A DNA stretch of 51,345 nucleotides from Girardia tigrina. Lineage: Eukaryota. Of this stretch, positions 37,652-49,904 are shown in pieces. The stretch covers positions 1 to 51,345 of the forward strand of contig MQRK01196038.1 in assembly GCA_001938485.1 (NCBI GenBank), in the 5' to 3' direction. A program made the position numbers and the translations under genes. The first letter of the stretch is position 1; each line of letters begins with the position of its first letter. The notes beneath the pieces were generated by a model. It saw nothing but the letters and a program-made list of their open reading frames with translations. It was not told the origin of the DNA and searched no databases.

Positions 37652-39200
37652 CAGGGTGACGCAAAATAAACTCCAAGGTACTTTTCTATTGGATCTTTTT
37701 ATCCACCTACTTTTTTATAGGTAAAGTTTTTAGAATCCTGAGCGTCGCCAAATTCTGATGGTATATAAAATAAATCAAAAAAATCAAAAAAAACATCAAA
37801 AATTAAAGAAAAATTTGTGAGACGAAAAATTTAACAAGCTTTTTATTTCATAAAGCATAACAACAATTAATTATTGAATTTCAACTTGTCCTCCATCTCT
37901 AAGAAAACATTCATGCAAACGTCGTTTGTAGTCGGCCACAACGCGTTCATGAAGTACGCGGTCTCCATGGATTTCATTGGCAACTCCTTCAATCGCTGCT
38001 CTCAACTCTTCGAATGTCTTGGACGTTGTTCGCGATGATAAATTCGACCTTTCATATAGCCCCACAACCAATAGTCACATGCTGCAAGATCTAGCGAGCG
38101 AGGTGGCCATGTAACTGGAGCAGGATGCGCCCGTGTTCTGCGACCTATCCATCGATTTGGAAACTGTTGACCCAACAATTCAAGAAAATCTCCAAGAATG
38201 TGTGGCGGAGCGCCGTCATGCTGCTCAATGAGAGAATTGAGATTCGGCCAAGTTTGAAGCTCTGGAATAACGTGCTCTTCATACAATTCAGTCATCCAAC
38301 GACCATTGATTCCGCGCTCATTTCCTTGTCACTCCCAAAAGTATGGGCCAACAACACCTTCAAACCAATGAGGATTTTCATCGGCCCACATAATCCAGTC
38401 TTGACGATTGACGCTTCCGTCCAAATGAAAGTGGGCTTCATCCGTAAAAAGAAGATTGTTGAGTCTGTTTGCATCTTCATCCAATCGATCCAATTCGGTT
38501 CGAGCAAACTAAATTCGAGCGGCATAGTCGGTCTCCTCCAAGGCATGAGCCATTTGCCAATTATAGGGACGCATCTGTAAGTCTTCTTTCAAAATTCGCT
38601 GCAAGCTTCTTTGTGGCATACGAACTGTTCCGTGATCGTCTTCTTCGCTGTCAGTGTCGCCAGTTGAAACAAGTGGATTGCGTCGAGTTGATAGATGAGG
38701 ATTTGCAGTAAAGGCTTCACGGACGTCTTCAATGGCTTCTTTGGTGCGAATACGTTTTGGCTTGTTCTTTCCGCGCTTTCCATGGACACTTCCAGTCACT
38801 GGAAAATCGTCAATCCATTTTACAATGACTCTTTTTTCCGGAATTTTTGCTCGACCATTTCTTGTTTCACTTCGGAATCGAGTTTTTAGCTGCGCATAAT
38901 CATAGGCTTCCTCAATAAGCATCAAAACGAGATGAGCTTTTTACTGATCCGTATACGTCATTTGAATCAAATTTTAGGGTAAAACTTTCTAAGTTCATTT
39001 TAAAAAACGCTTGTTAAATTTTTCGTCTCAAATTTTTTTTTAATTTTTGATGTTTTTTTTGATTTTTTTGATTTATTTTATATACCATCAGAATTTGGCG
39101 ACGCTCAGGATTCTAAAAATGTATACTTTACCTATAAAAAAGTAAGTGGATAAAAATATCCAATAGAAAAGTACCTTGGAGTTTATTTTGCGTCACCCTG
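37652..39200 (-). mobile_element. Tc1/mariner-superfamily element, rosa/VS (DD41D)-like, ~190-200-bp TIRs, flanked by TA
   Basis: TIRs begin CAGGGTGACGCAAAATAAACTCC; TA at 37650-37651 and 39201-39202; transposase inside. Confidence 0.95.
37871..38961 (-). pseudogene. Transposase pseudogene with D..D46D catalytic triad
   Basis: ATG at 38961; FTDEAHFHLDG, QHDGAPPH, WIGR, WPPRSLDLAACDYWLWGYMK. In-frame TAA 38941-38943, TAG 38509-38511 and TGA 38329-38331; frameshift near 38020. Confidence 0.93.
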
Positions 39201-41978
39201 TACAAATAATTATCTCTGATGTATTGAAAATATCAAGTTTCCTTTTCTGAATCATGGTAATTTTTGATGAAATTATGATTGTAGAGGATACCGAGATGTA
39301 AAAACGAACCATTATGACCAAAACCATAATTAGATTATTATTCGAAGGGCACACAGCGTGACCATCAGTCTCCAAATAATGGACTAAACCTACTCAAGTT
39401 GAGCTTTGGATCTAAAAGCATAAATGTGGTCATATCCAGCTGTCCCTAAGACAAATTTATTTTTTAGTCAAATGTACAATCCTTAATGAAAAGGCAATTG
39501 GTAATTGATATTTTAATAAACAAAAACGTTGATAATCGGGTTGACAGTGTTTGTTTACGGGTTTATCTACGAAGACATTTTATAAACAAGCCACATTTAT
39601 TTATAAACAATAAACAATATAAAGAAAGCAAACTAAAATTCTTTTTCTAACTGAATAAAATTATGAATAATTTTCTTCTGAAAACTGTCTAAAATATAAT
39701 TATGTTTATAAAAAATAAGAATTAATAAAATAATTTATTTCTTCAAGATTTTATTTATTCCCTTCATCTTTGGTGCACCTTTGTTTCTTGACGGCGAACC
39801 CCGGGGTCATTCTGGTGCTCGTTACGAGGGGGTTGTTTATTTTTTTAAATATTTCGGAATTAATCTGAAAAAGACGGATCGGAGCCGTGAGTTGAATAAT
39901 GTGGCTCAATTCTTATCAAGATCAATGAAATTATTTTCGATTATTTATAATTATTTATATTTATAAATATTTATTTAATATATTTTAATGTCTTATAAAA
40001 TAATATATATTATTCTAGATAATATTATACATTATATTATTTATTGCTTAATTTACTACTTTTTATTGTATTTAACGAAAAAAAGATATATTTAATTAAA
40101 GTAGATATAGAATGAAATATTAATTAAAGTAATAAAAACGGAACTCTAAAAAATAATTAGTCAAATTTTATGCATTAATTATTATATATTTTATTAATAA
40201 CTTATTAAGGAAACTTAATTAAAAATCTTTATCAATTTTGAATAAACGGAATTTATTTTATTGATTAATTAATTATCTGACAAAAAATCAATAATAATAA
40301 TATATATTAAATGAATACGAAAAATAATATTTAAATATATAATTTTGAGTTTTAATTAGAAAAAAATTATATAATGAATTTTTAAATCTTTCACCTGGTG
40401 GAATTTGATTTTAAATATTACAAAATAATGGATTATTAATTAAAACCAAAAAATTTTTACGTAAATTTTTTTATTTTTTTTGTAAACAATTTTGCTTCAT
40501 AGGAATAATAATTAAATTAAAATATAATTACACATCAAAATATCTTTATTCTATATTTTTGTATTTTTATAACTAATGACTTATATTATAAATCTATATT
40601 ATTGTATTCGTTTCGACAAGTTTACACGATTTTAGTGCACCAGATATTAAAGGAATAAATTCAATTCCATCTATTTTACTTTCAAAAAGACATAATTTAA
40701 GACAAAATAATTACATGTGTAACAAGAGCTTTTTTATATTACCACGTTTTTAACGTCACTAGAAATATGATTAATTGCAAAAATATTTTATATTATTTGA
40801 ACGTTGACTACTTGTTTTCTAAAAGATAAGTATTTTTAAACAGAATTATATCAATTTTTAAGTTTTAAATTTAAAATGGTTTAGACATTGGAATTATGGT
40901 TATCAGAATAAATTCGATGTAAAATATAATTAAAATGCACAAGAGTGATTAGATGCTGCTGCTGCATTAAATTTAAATAAAAAAATAGATTTCAGTATTT
41001 TGGCCGGTTTTTTGATGCCTGTACTGTGTAATGCTATGCTTTTCCAGACTCAAAAGAATTTTCCAAAAAAATAATTGAGTTTACACACCTCTACTGTCCT
41101 CTATTATTCTATACACTTAATATATATTTTTCACTTTTGTTTCTTAATTTTTGCACTGTTTAGAATTTTTATAATCATTTTTTTCGACTATATTGTCCTT
41201 AAAATTTCAGTTTTCTATTTTAAAATATTTAATCACTCTATTCTCACTAAACAATCACAAAATACACAAATTTTTACGAAATATTTAAATAAATTAGATA
41301 TCAACTGTTTACATAAACTATTAAAATCCATATACTTTCAACAACGCCATTTATCTATGTTCTTCTTCAATTCCTATATATTTAAATTGACCGGTATAAG
41401 CGTTAACTAAAATTGATAAAATAAAATGATGAATTAAAATTAATTTATATCGTAAGATATAATCTGATTTGAGCTATTAATTATTATTAATTAACAACAA
41501 CGGAGATTCATATTTGATCAAAACAAAGATTCAAATCATTTTATTATACAAAATTTATTCATATAAATTGGGGTCTACGACAAAAACGCCGTGGACAAAA
41601 CGCCGCGGACAAAAATGGCTTAAATTAACCGACAAATTATAGAAATTTTAAATGGAGCACAATCTTTGAGTAGATAGAATGTTAATATTTTGTTTTTTAA
41701 AAAAATTTTACAAAAGTCAAAATATCTTTAAATAATAAAAATAAAAATCCATATAAAAATATTATTTTCGGAATTATTTTTATACTAATGTGGAAAAATA
41801 TTTAGTATTTATTTAATTTATTACTATTTTTAAAATTTTAGTATTAATTTATAACATTAAAAAAATAAAAATAAAAATAAAATAAATACAATAATTTATT
41901 TATAATTTATAAATATTAGAAATTAGATTAAATTATTAAATTTTTTCAATTATTTTTACGAAATAATGTTAATTAAAA

Positions 41979-42239
41979 AATATTATTAATAAAAATAAAT
42001 TTTTATAAAACCAACCACGTTTTTCAAGCATTACCAATGAAATAAAAAGAGGAAAATAATTTTTTTTCTAGACATGTGCGAAATTTTATACCTAACCCAA
42101 AAACGTGGGGCGGATTTCTGAATTACTGCTATTAGTAACTGCTATTTCCTCTTTACTGCTTTTTTTTCTCTTTTTAGTGCATTGGTAATGCTTGAAATAC
42201 GTGGTTGTTTTTATAAAAATTTTTTTTATTAATAATATT
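41979..42239. repeat. MITE-like foldback with ~60-80-bp inverted arms
   Basis: TTTTATAAAACCAACCACGTTTTTCAAGCATTACCAATG (42001-42039) versus CATTGGTAATGCTTGAAATACGTGGTTGTTTTTATAAAA (42180-42218), extending on both sides. Confidence 0.85.
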
Positions 42240-42899
42240 ATTTAACTATTTTTAGTTATCATTTAGGAATTCAAATCTTTCGATTGATTTCGAATAACAG
42301 AAATGATAATAAAACCANNNNNNNNNNNNNNNNNNNNNNNNNNNNNNNNNNNNNNNNNNNNNNNNNNAAATAACAAAGTTTTATTTTAATAAAAGCAAGT
42401 TTTATTTCAAAATAATTTTTAAACCTAATTTTAATACTTCTACACTTAATTATCACTTGATTTTAACAATATTTGTTCAATTTATTAATTTTTTCCGTAC
42501 ATCCGTAAAGTAAATGTTTTAAAATATTGTATTGTCATCGGAAGCAAGCCTGTATAAAAAAAGTCAGCTCAATTGGTTGACTGAAAGTGGTCGAAAAATC
42601 AATCGCAAGATTTGTTCCAGACAGACAGACAAGAAACCAAGCTAAGAAAAACGTGGTAAAATATTTCCCGTTTTAGGCCAAAACCTTCAGAAAAAACCTT
42701 TGAGGTAAAACACGGATTCCTGGAAAAAGAAAAAATGTTCCTTTATAAGAGATCAATTGATATATCCAATTTTGACTATCACCTTGAGAATTAAAATACT
42801 AGAGAGTGCTAAATGTATCGACAGGAACAAATGACCGGAAGGGACTCTGTTTGTCAGAGTCTTCTTTAAAAGAACTAATTTTAGTTGATGATGGGTACC

Positions 42900-43192
42900 A
42901 ATTATATCAAATATTTGTCTAAAAAGTGTGTTTGTTTGTCGGTCACTCTATGATCAAAATGTGAAATTGCGAAGGAACCCTAGTGAATCCAAGTAATGAC
43001 ATGGTCAATCTAGATAGCCCGAATCGAGACGGTACTGTCTGTGAAGCGCCATCACCGAAAGAGGCTTGATACCGACTTAATTGCCCGACTGTTATACCAA
43101 CACAGAATTCGAAACAATAAATAATAAAATTTAATAATTACTATTTAAAAATTAAAACAGCTTACCTGTCAAATATGACGGGTTTTTTCTAG
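42900..43192 (+). mobile_element. Non-autonomous Helitron-like element
   Basis: 3' hairpin ACCTGTCA-AATA-TGACGGGT, then CTAG (43189-43192) followed by T; 5' microsatellite-like GTGTGTTTGTTTGTC; 5' boundary approximate. Confidence 0.7.
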
Positions 43193-43807
43193 TCAAGTCA
43201 GATTGGTCAAACACTTTCTGATCTTATCAAATACAAAGCGTAACCTTTACATGTTAAAACACCGAATACTTTCGGAAAATAAATAGGGGTCCTAGGTCAC
43301 CAAGAACTGGAAACGGTAGTAAAAATTTTCAAATCTTTCGGCGGTTTGAGACATCAAGTTAAATATTATTTTAAAATAATCATTTAAAATTGTTGCATAA
43401 ATATTAACATATTAAGAAAATTTTAAACTATATCAATTATAACAGATTCAGAAAGACGAGGATTTCAGCAATGGAAATTGAAACCTGTGATTACCACTTG
43501 ATACGCGGGTTGTGGGGATTCATATTGCGATCATATAAATCCTTTCCTTTTACAGAAGGAATAATTTCAAATGAAATTATTTATCTATAATCAAAGTATT
43601 TAACCACAATATTTTTATTATTATTCTTCTAAAATCAAGGATTGAAATAAATAAAAAAATAAGTATCATATTAGTAATAATTCAGAAAGAACAATATGAA
43701 AGAACAGATAAAATAACCTCTTTATTTTTTCGTGATCTAAGAGTTTCATAGGGAAAGTAAAATCATTAAATATTATTAATATTTATACATTTAGGAGGCT
43801 TTGTGAT

Positions 43808-44270
43808 ATGTAGTGCGCTCAATAAGTAGCGAGCCGAACATAGAAATAATATTCTGATTCCAATGAATTTTCTTTCATAACAAGCAAGTTATTAAGGTAA
43901 TATTTGTGATATTTGTTTTAATCTATTATTTTTGTTTAGGTTAGAGAGCGCATAAATTCGAAAATGTCATTGGAAAACGTCCAATATCAAAGCGTTATTC
44001 GTTTCTTGTTAATGAAAGGGAAAAGCCGGGAAGAAATATTCTAGGAGCTTAGTTCTGTTTATGGCGAAGAGTCCATCCATATCTACTGTCAAACGATAGT
44101 TCAACCATTTTCGAGATGGTCGTACGTCTGTTTTGGATGAAGAAAAGTCAGGTAGGCCACGAGAAATTGGCGAAGAAATAGCGAAAAAAACAACTAATTG
44201 AAGAACAAAGATCGCATCTGCAAGAAATGTACTAACTTTTACAACTGGCGTTTTGTTGCCTTCAGCTTTC
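43808..44270 (+). pseudogene. Mariner 5' relic (TIR plus HTH)
   Basis: GTGCGCTCAATAAGTAGCGAGCC TIR-like; MSLENVQYQSVIRFLLMKGKS...VYGE...STVKR*FNHFRDGRTSVLDEEKSGRP from 43964. Confidence 0.9.
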
Positions 44271-44398
44271 AATAACGAGTGTGACTTTTTATCGATTTCT
44301 GACCGGCATAGAAAGCGAAAACTAGGAGCAAATGGTGAAAGAGAAATGTTACACAGAGAAATTATTAACATATACATAAAGTAATAAAAATGTACATT

Positions 44399-44440
<42 letters not shown>

Positions 44441-44483
44441 GGTTTGATATATAAGTAATATTTTTGGATTGATATAAAGAAAA

Positions 44484-44862
44484 CTATTAAGAACACTAAT
44501 TGGATTTTTAATAAATTTATTCAACTTGAAGCGCCAATAGGACAATTTTCCATAAAACTTTTGTAGTTAATCATCATTCTTGATTAATAAATTTTATTCT
44601 ATTTCTCAAAGTCTTATTATTTAAACAAGTTGAAATTACAATTTATTTACAATTCGATTAAAAGATAATTTATATTATTAATTAAAAAATATTTTAGATA
44701 TATTTAAATTAAGGCTCAGTTATTTAAATTTTAAAATTGAATAAATAATTCAACGTTTTGAAATATTTAAAATATCAATCTTCCATCTGGGTGGGAGAAA
44801 CACTATCCTTAAACAACAAAAGAAACAACATACAATAAGCAAAATTCAAAATATTCCTCACA
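44484..44862 (-). mobile_element. Solo-LTR-like repeat, family B
   Basis: CTATTAAGAACAC ... CCATCTGGGTGGGAGAAACAC ... AAAATATTCCTCACA; flanks AAAA/AAAA (low complexity). Confidence 0.7.
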
Positions 44863-44933
44863 AAAAAAATTTTTTCGATGGTCTGTAGTCATTCATAGAT
44901 TAATTGATATTTATTTAGCTGATATAAATATTT

Positions 44934-45117
44934 TGTCATCTAAACACGCTCAATAGGGTTTTCGAGAGACCCGTTTGCACATTAATCTTAGGATCTAAAT
45001 ATCTGATATATAGTGCTTTATTTTTTTATATAAAGCACTTTATATCAGATCTTTAGATCCTAAGATTAATGTGCAAACGGGTCTCTCGAAAACCCAATTG
45101 AGCGTGTTTAGATGACA
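44934..45117. repeat. Near-perfect 184-bp palindrome (88-bp arms, 8-nt loop)
   Basis: TGTCATCTAAACACGCTCAA...GTGCTTTAT / ATAAAGCAC...TTGAGCGTGTTTAGATGACA; 3 mismatches counted by eye. Confidence 0.95.
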
Positions 45118-45379
45118 TAATAATCCATTGATGACATAATCACTGCTTGCATATATAAGCAGATTTAAAATTCATTTTTCTTGATATAAATATTATTTTT
45201 GGAATTAATATTTGAGGTTTAATATTGTAAATATATGTGTTTGATTTAATTATTATTTTATCTATGTGATGCGTTCAATTGTTACTCGATCTGACCAGGA
45301 AAACTTGTTTAGAGACTTGAAACATTTTGCAAGAACGACTACGTCAATCTAGGTTTTTATCATTGCTTTTGTTTCACTT

Positions 45380-45640
45380 TATCAATCTGTAGTGGAAATA
45401 TTTCAATGTAAATTTGAATTTTAGTCATAGTCATGATTTCAGACAACGAGTACCGCAGTGCCATTAGGTTCTTAGATTTACCGACAACAATTTGATTTTT
45501 TTGCACAGTGTCATCGCTAAAAACTGAAAAGTTGCGCGTAGAAGCGCGCTGAACGTCAGCTTTAAAACGGTCTTTTTAAATTGAATGGATTGGGCATCAA
45601 AAAGCAATGTGCCAGCGCGGCCAAAATTGCTTCTAGGATG
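45380..45640 (-). pseudogene. Possible non-LTR retrotransposon RT relic
   Basis: HCFLMPNPFNL (cf. GC.LSP.LFN) followed in another frame by VFSDDT (cf. FADD). Confidence 0.4.
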
Positions 45641-46829
45641 TATTGTTTTATTTAAGAAAATAAACATATGTACAATTAATTAGTCTTGACTGAATGAAAC
45701 ACAATTGAAACTCCGGAATTTCAGACAGAAAAAGGATTTTTTTTTACAAAAGAGAATTCAATCATTTCTGTCTTTTGACAATTTATAAAAAAAATTGTGT
45801 TTAATTCTCAATTATTCGTTTAATTAATAATCATAAAAATTTTGCGTCTGTTACAAAATTATAAATTAATATTATTTAACAAAATATAAATTATTATTTT
45901 ATATTTTAAAAATATGAAATGAAATTTCTAAAATCTTTTTTAATCATATTTTATGATGTTTATTTTTAAAATTTTTATCATTTTTGAAATATTTTAATTA
46001 TAATTTTTAATTTTGATAATAAATATTTTTGGATTTTTTTCAAATCGGTTTTTTTCGTTAAAATTTTTTATTTGACAGATTTAAAACAGCTGCAAATTAA
46101 AACTCATTTTTTATAAATTGACATTTTAAAAACGAAAAAAGGTTTTCTTTTTACTTTGATCATTTTGGAATTAATTTAAATCCCGAAATTCCTATCAATT
46201 ATTAACTAATTATTTCTTTTCTGTATTTTTTTAATACAATTTTTTTTAATTTAATTAAAATTAAAATTATAACAATTTATTTTAATAACAGTAAAAAACA
46301 ATTTTTAGTACTAACATCATAATAAATTAATTAAATTAATTTTTTAATCAAATTAAAAATGATGCTTATTATACTTCAGTAAAAAAATTAATTATATTTT
46401 AAATAAAATCTGAAAAAAATTTTTTAAAAAATAAAATTTTATTAAATATGTTTTATTAAAAAAACAAATATAATAAATATTTTAATATCATTTCAAATTA
46501 AAAAAAATATTTTAAATTTATCAAAAGAAAATTGAAAGTAAATTAATATAATTATTACTTTCTGCAATTTTCAAATGCAATTTTTTTAAATTAATTAAAT
46601 TTATTTTAATTTAGTATTATATTTAAAATAAAATCGTAAAAATGATTTCAAAAAAATAAAATAAAATTTTATTTAAAATTTCTTTACTAAAAACAAATTA
46701 AGATATTTTTTTGTCATTATTTTAAATAAAAAAAATTTTAATCTGAAATTTATCAATGGAAAATTTAAGACAAATTAATGAACCGTCTCAAAATTTATTA
46801 AGATTAATAAATTTATTTGAAAATCACAA

Positions 46830-46990
46830 AATGTAATCTGCATCACGATGGAAGTCGGTTTGTTTTCGGCCGGAATCTTTCGGTATGTTAGCAAATTATC
46901 CGCTGCGACCCCCGCCAAACCAGCTGAAACATGTTCGGGTCGCTGCCAAATTCGTTCCTTGAACCCATCCCTCAAGCTGATGCCATATTA
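46830..46990 (+). pseudogene. Mariner linker relic
   Basis: ITMEVG... then VRVAAKFVP (cf. mariner RVAAKFVP.LL), frameshifted. Confidence 0.55.
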
Positions 46991-47379
46991 GCCGCCATCA
47001 CTTTTCCTTAGATATTATTTATTAGGCATTCTTTTTTTCTGCGGATTTATTACTTAATTTATGACTTAATTACCGTTATTCCCCCGAAAATACGAAATCA
47101 GAAGTACTTCATTTTTTGGTTTGAATCAGTTGAACTTGTTGAATGTATTTTTATGATTTATTTGATAATTTTGTAAAATGGAATATTTTTTTTAAAAAAT
47201 TTTTTCTTTTATTTGTTTATTAATTAATTAACTGATTTATTTATTTATTATTTTAAACAAAATAATTAATAAAATAATTAGAAAGGAAATTTTGTTAGGT
47301 AAGAGATCAAGATTCACAAGTTTTTATTGTGCTTTATAAATATTTTCCCTAATGAAGTCGAAAAGAACATGCCCATGAA

Positions 47380-49235
47380 TAATTTGTTTAACCAACATTG
47401 AATTTGACGAACTATGAACAATGTGGAATCCAACATTCTGTCCACACATTTTCCAGCGTCTTACCAGCTCCAAAAATGCATTAAAGTCGATTCATCACTT
47501 CTTTGAATTCTGCTTTTGGGATGGAATATCTTTCTCGTAGATGTCCTTTCAGATGAAGGAACAAATACAAATCACTCAGAGCTAAGTCTAGTATATATGG
47601 AAAGTATGGGAGGAGTTTAAATCCATATCCTCAATTTTCTCGCAGAGAATGAAAATGCACCTGATTATATTGTAAAATTATCATGGAGGAAATAGAAAAT
47701 ACATTTTGTCATTTGTGAATTTCCACTCCGACTCCTGTTTAGTGTCTGGTCGATACAGAGAGCGCGGGCTTTCTAACTGTCGCAAAGTCACTGCCTGTGA
47801 CGAATTGAGTCTGTTTTCACACATTTCACTTGTAAGAAAGCGTGGAGCGAATCGTGAAGAATGTTAAAGATCATTATTGTGTGATGCGTCTGTCAAATTT
47901 GACAATATTCTTCAATTTTTATTTTATGTTTTCGACAATGTCCAACAGTCGTCTTGTACTTTTCTCATCAAAACATTCTGTCTACCATGCCTAAATTATG
48001 TAATTTATCAATAACTAGTGGTTTTAGATGTGTTTTCAATATGATATAAGGACTGAGTGCGAAAAATATTACAAACTTTAAATCTCTATAACTCCAACAT
48101 AAATTCACAAATTACAAAAAACTAATTTAGGAGGCTGTTGTTTGAATAAATCGGAATAAAATTCATTTTTAAATTTGATTTTTCATGAATATGTCGTCAG
48201 AAACAGGAAGTCACGAATTAATTATTCGTTTATTTCAAGAAAATCCACAATCAAATCAGAAAACAGTTTCCAACATTATTAAAAACTTCAATGAAGACTT
48301 GAACGTTTTTAGAAAAATTAGTTCGGGAAGAAGAAATGATTTTTTGTGTACACAGAATCTGAAGAAAGTAAAGGATCTGTTAGAGAGAAATCCTCGTCTA
48401 TCAAATTTAAAACTGGTTGTAAAGCCAAATTGTAGCTAGAAAACAGTTCGGAATGTGGGTTTAAAACGTATAAAAATTCAAACAGTACCAGACCGGAACA
48501 CTAACAAGAATGTAAAGGTGCAGGAGCGAGCAAGAAAGATGAAATCTGGTTTTCTTGCGAAGAAAAATTGTTGCATTATGGGTGATGAGACTTATATGCC
48601 CTGCGAGTTTTCCCAGCTACCCGGACAAGAATTTTACTCTGCAACTAAGAGAGGAGGAGTTGTAGAAAAATTTAGAAACAAGAAAAAATCTAAGTTTCCC
48701 AAAATATTTCTTGTTTAGCTGGAAAAGGAGTAAAGACTTTTTTACATTTGGCACAATAAACACAGAAGTCTATGTGAAGGAGTGCTTGCAAAAGCGTTTA
48801 TTCATATGTCAGCACCGAAGTCTAAATCGAAAAATATTGTGCCTTGTAAAAAGGAAATTAAAGACGATAAACAAGAGGGCACAGATAATTGCAGATTTTC
48901 GGAACAAGTGGAATAATGCAGCCAAATACGTGACAGAAACTATAATTGCAAGTCTAATAGCAGACATTCCGGAAAAGCTCGCAGAATTTATTAAAAAAAT
49001 AAATAATCTTTCTTAGCTTACAAAAAATTATTTTGAATTAAACACATTTTTCAAAACAGTCGGTATTTTTTCAATCAAATATATGGTTTTGAAGATAGAT
49101 GATTTTAAAGTTAGTAATATTTTTTGCATTCAGTTCTTACATTCATCAACTCGCCAATAATGTCGTTTGCTGGCAACTTCTTTAAAACAAGAAACTTAAT
49201 TTAATCACGAAATTCCACGGGAGAGTACTTGATTA
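47380..49235 (-). mobile_element. Decayed mariner split by a nested insertion at 48049-49137
   Basis: IKFLVLKK...IIGELMN (49141-49200) | FRHGRQNV, SRFAPRFLTSEM, PYFPYILDLALSDLYLFLHLK, LVRRWKMC (47420-48000); outer boundaries approximate. Confidence 0.8.
48049..49137 (+). mobile_element. ITmD37E-like Tc1/mariner element, internally deleted
   Basis: TA flanks (48047-48048, 49138-49139); ~50-bp TIRs AGGACTGAGTGCGAAAAATATTAC / GTAATATTTTTTGCATTCAGTTCT; CIMGDETY..EFSQLPGQEFY...KFPK, GTINTEVYVKECLQKRL. The D37E segment itself is missing. Confidence 0.8.
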
Positions 49236-49578
49236 TCACACAAAATTGAATGTCCCCAAATATAAGACAACATGATTTAACGCTGATGATTCAGTAAAAC
49301 AAATTATATTTCAGTTACTTATAATACTGAAGGAATAAATCACAAAAATCAATTTAAATTTTATATTATTAGGCTTTAGTATATAATTAGCACATAACAC
49401 ATTTATTAGATATCTGAATAAAAGATCCTTTTTAAAAAGAATTTTGGATAAGACAAGGTTGATGAGCTGACCTACAATATTTTTATGTATTTATTTTATA
49501 TATAATAAATCCTTGTATTTTACACGAAAAGGATGAGGTATTTATGAGAATGAATGATTGAATTATTTTAGTCATAAT

Positions 49579-49904
49579 TTTATATTATAAAAGCCCAAGT
49601 CACTCACTGCCTGCCTCACTGCCTCACTAACGCTGTAAGGTAAATTTTTGAAATGATTTTATAATCAATAAAGAAATGATTGTATATTAATAAATAAATA
49701 TTAGACTGATATTAGTGATGTAAACCACTTTTTTTTATTTTTTTTTATTTTATTTTATTTTTTTTTAATTGTTACCTTCATATTTTTATTTTTTATACTC
49801 GAAACACTGAAATTTTCAATAAAAATGCTTTCAGAAAAAAGTGGCGTGATCTAATAACATTGAACCCCCGGAGAGAGGGCCGCGAAGCGGGCCGAGCGCG
49901 CTAG
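49579..49904 (+). mobile_element. Non-autonomous Helitron-like element, second family
   Basis: 5' TATATTATAAAAG plus CACT/GCCT microsatellite; 3' GC hairpin GGCCGCGAAGCGGGCC then CTAG|T. Confidence 0.75.

Noticed and set aside
37477-37659. Identical 60-aa ORFs here and at 39193-39375 as a duplicated gene
   Set aside because: By-product of the inverted flank duplication; TTG start, ends inside the TIR, no motifs.
38125-38889. Plus-strand ORFs of 151, 80 and 64 aa
   Set aside because: Antisense shadows of the transposase.
37871-38961. Stop-codon reassignment to explain in-frame stops
   Set aside because: All three stop types occur together with a frameshift and a deletion; ordinary decay explains it.
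44009-44545. 178-aa ORF
   Set aside because: Runs through an LTR-like end, a (TA)n tract and antisense mariner sequence.
44872-44900. Hammerhead-like remnant next to a family B end, suggesting a family B-ribozyme link
   Set aside because: Too degenerate; it lies outside the TSD and distances differ among copies.
46775-46975. Glucose-6-phosphate isomerase-like reading of the minus ORF
   Set aside because: The plus strand gives a better mariner RVAAKFVP motif.
49280-49305. CTGATGA boxes here and at ~31004, 2577, 9556, 11476 and 23536 as hammerheads
   Set aside because: No suitably placed stem II plus GAAA..UH.
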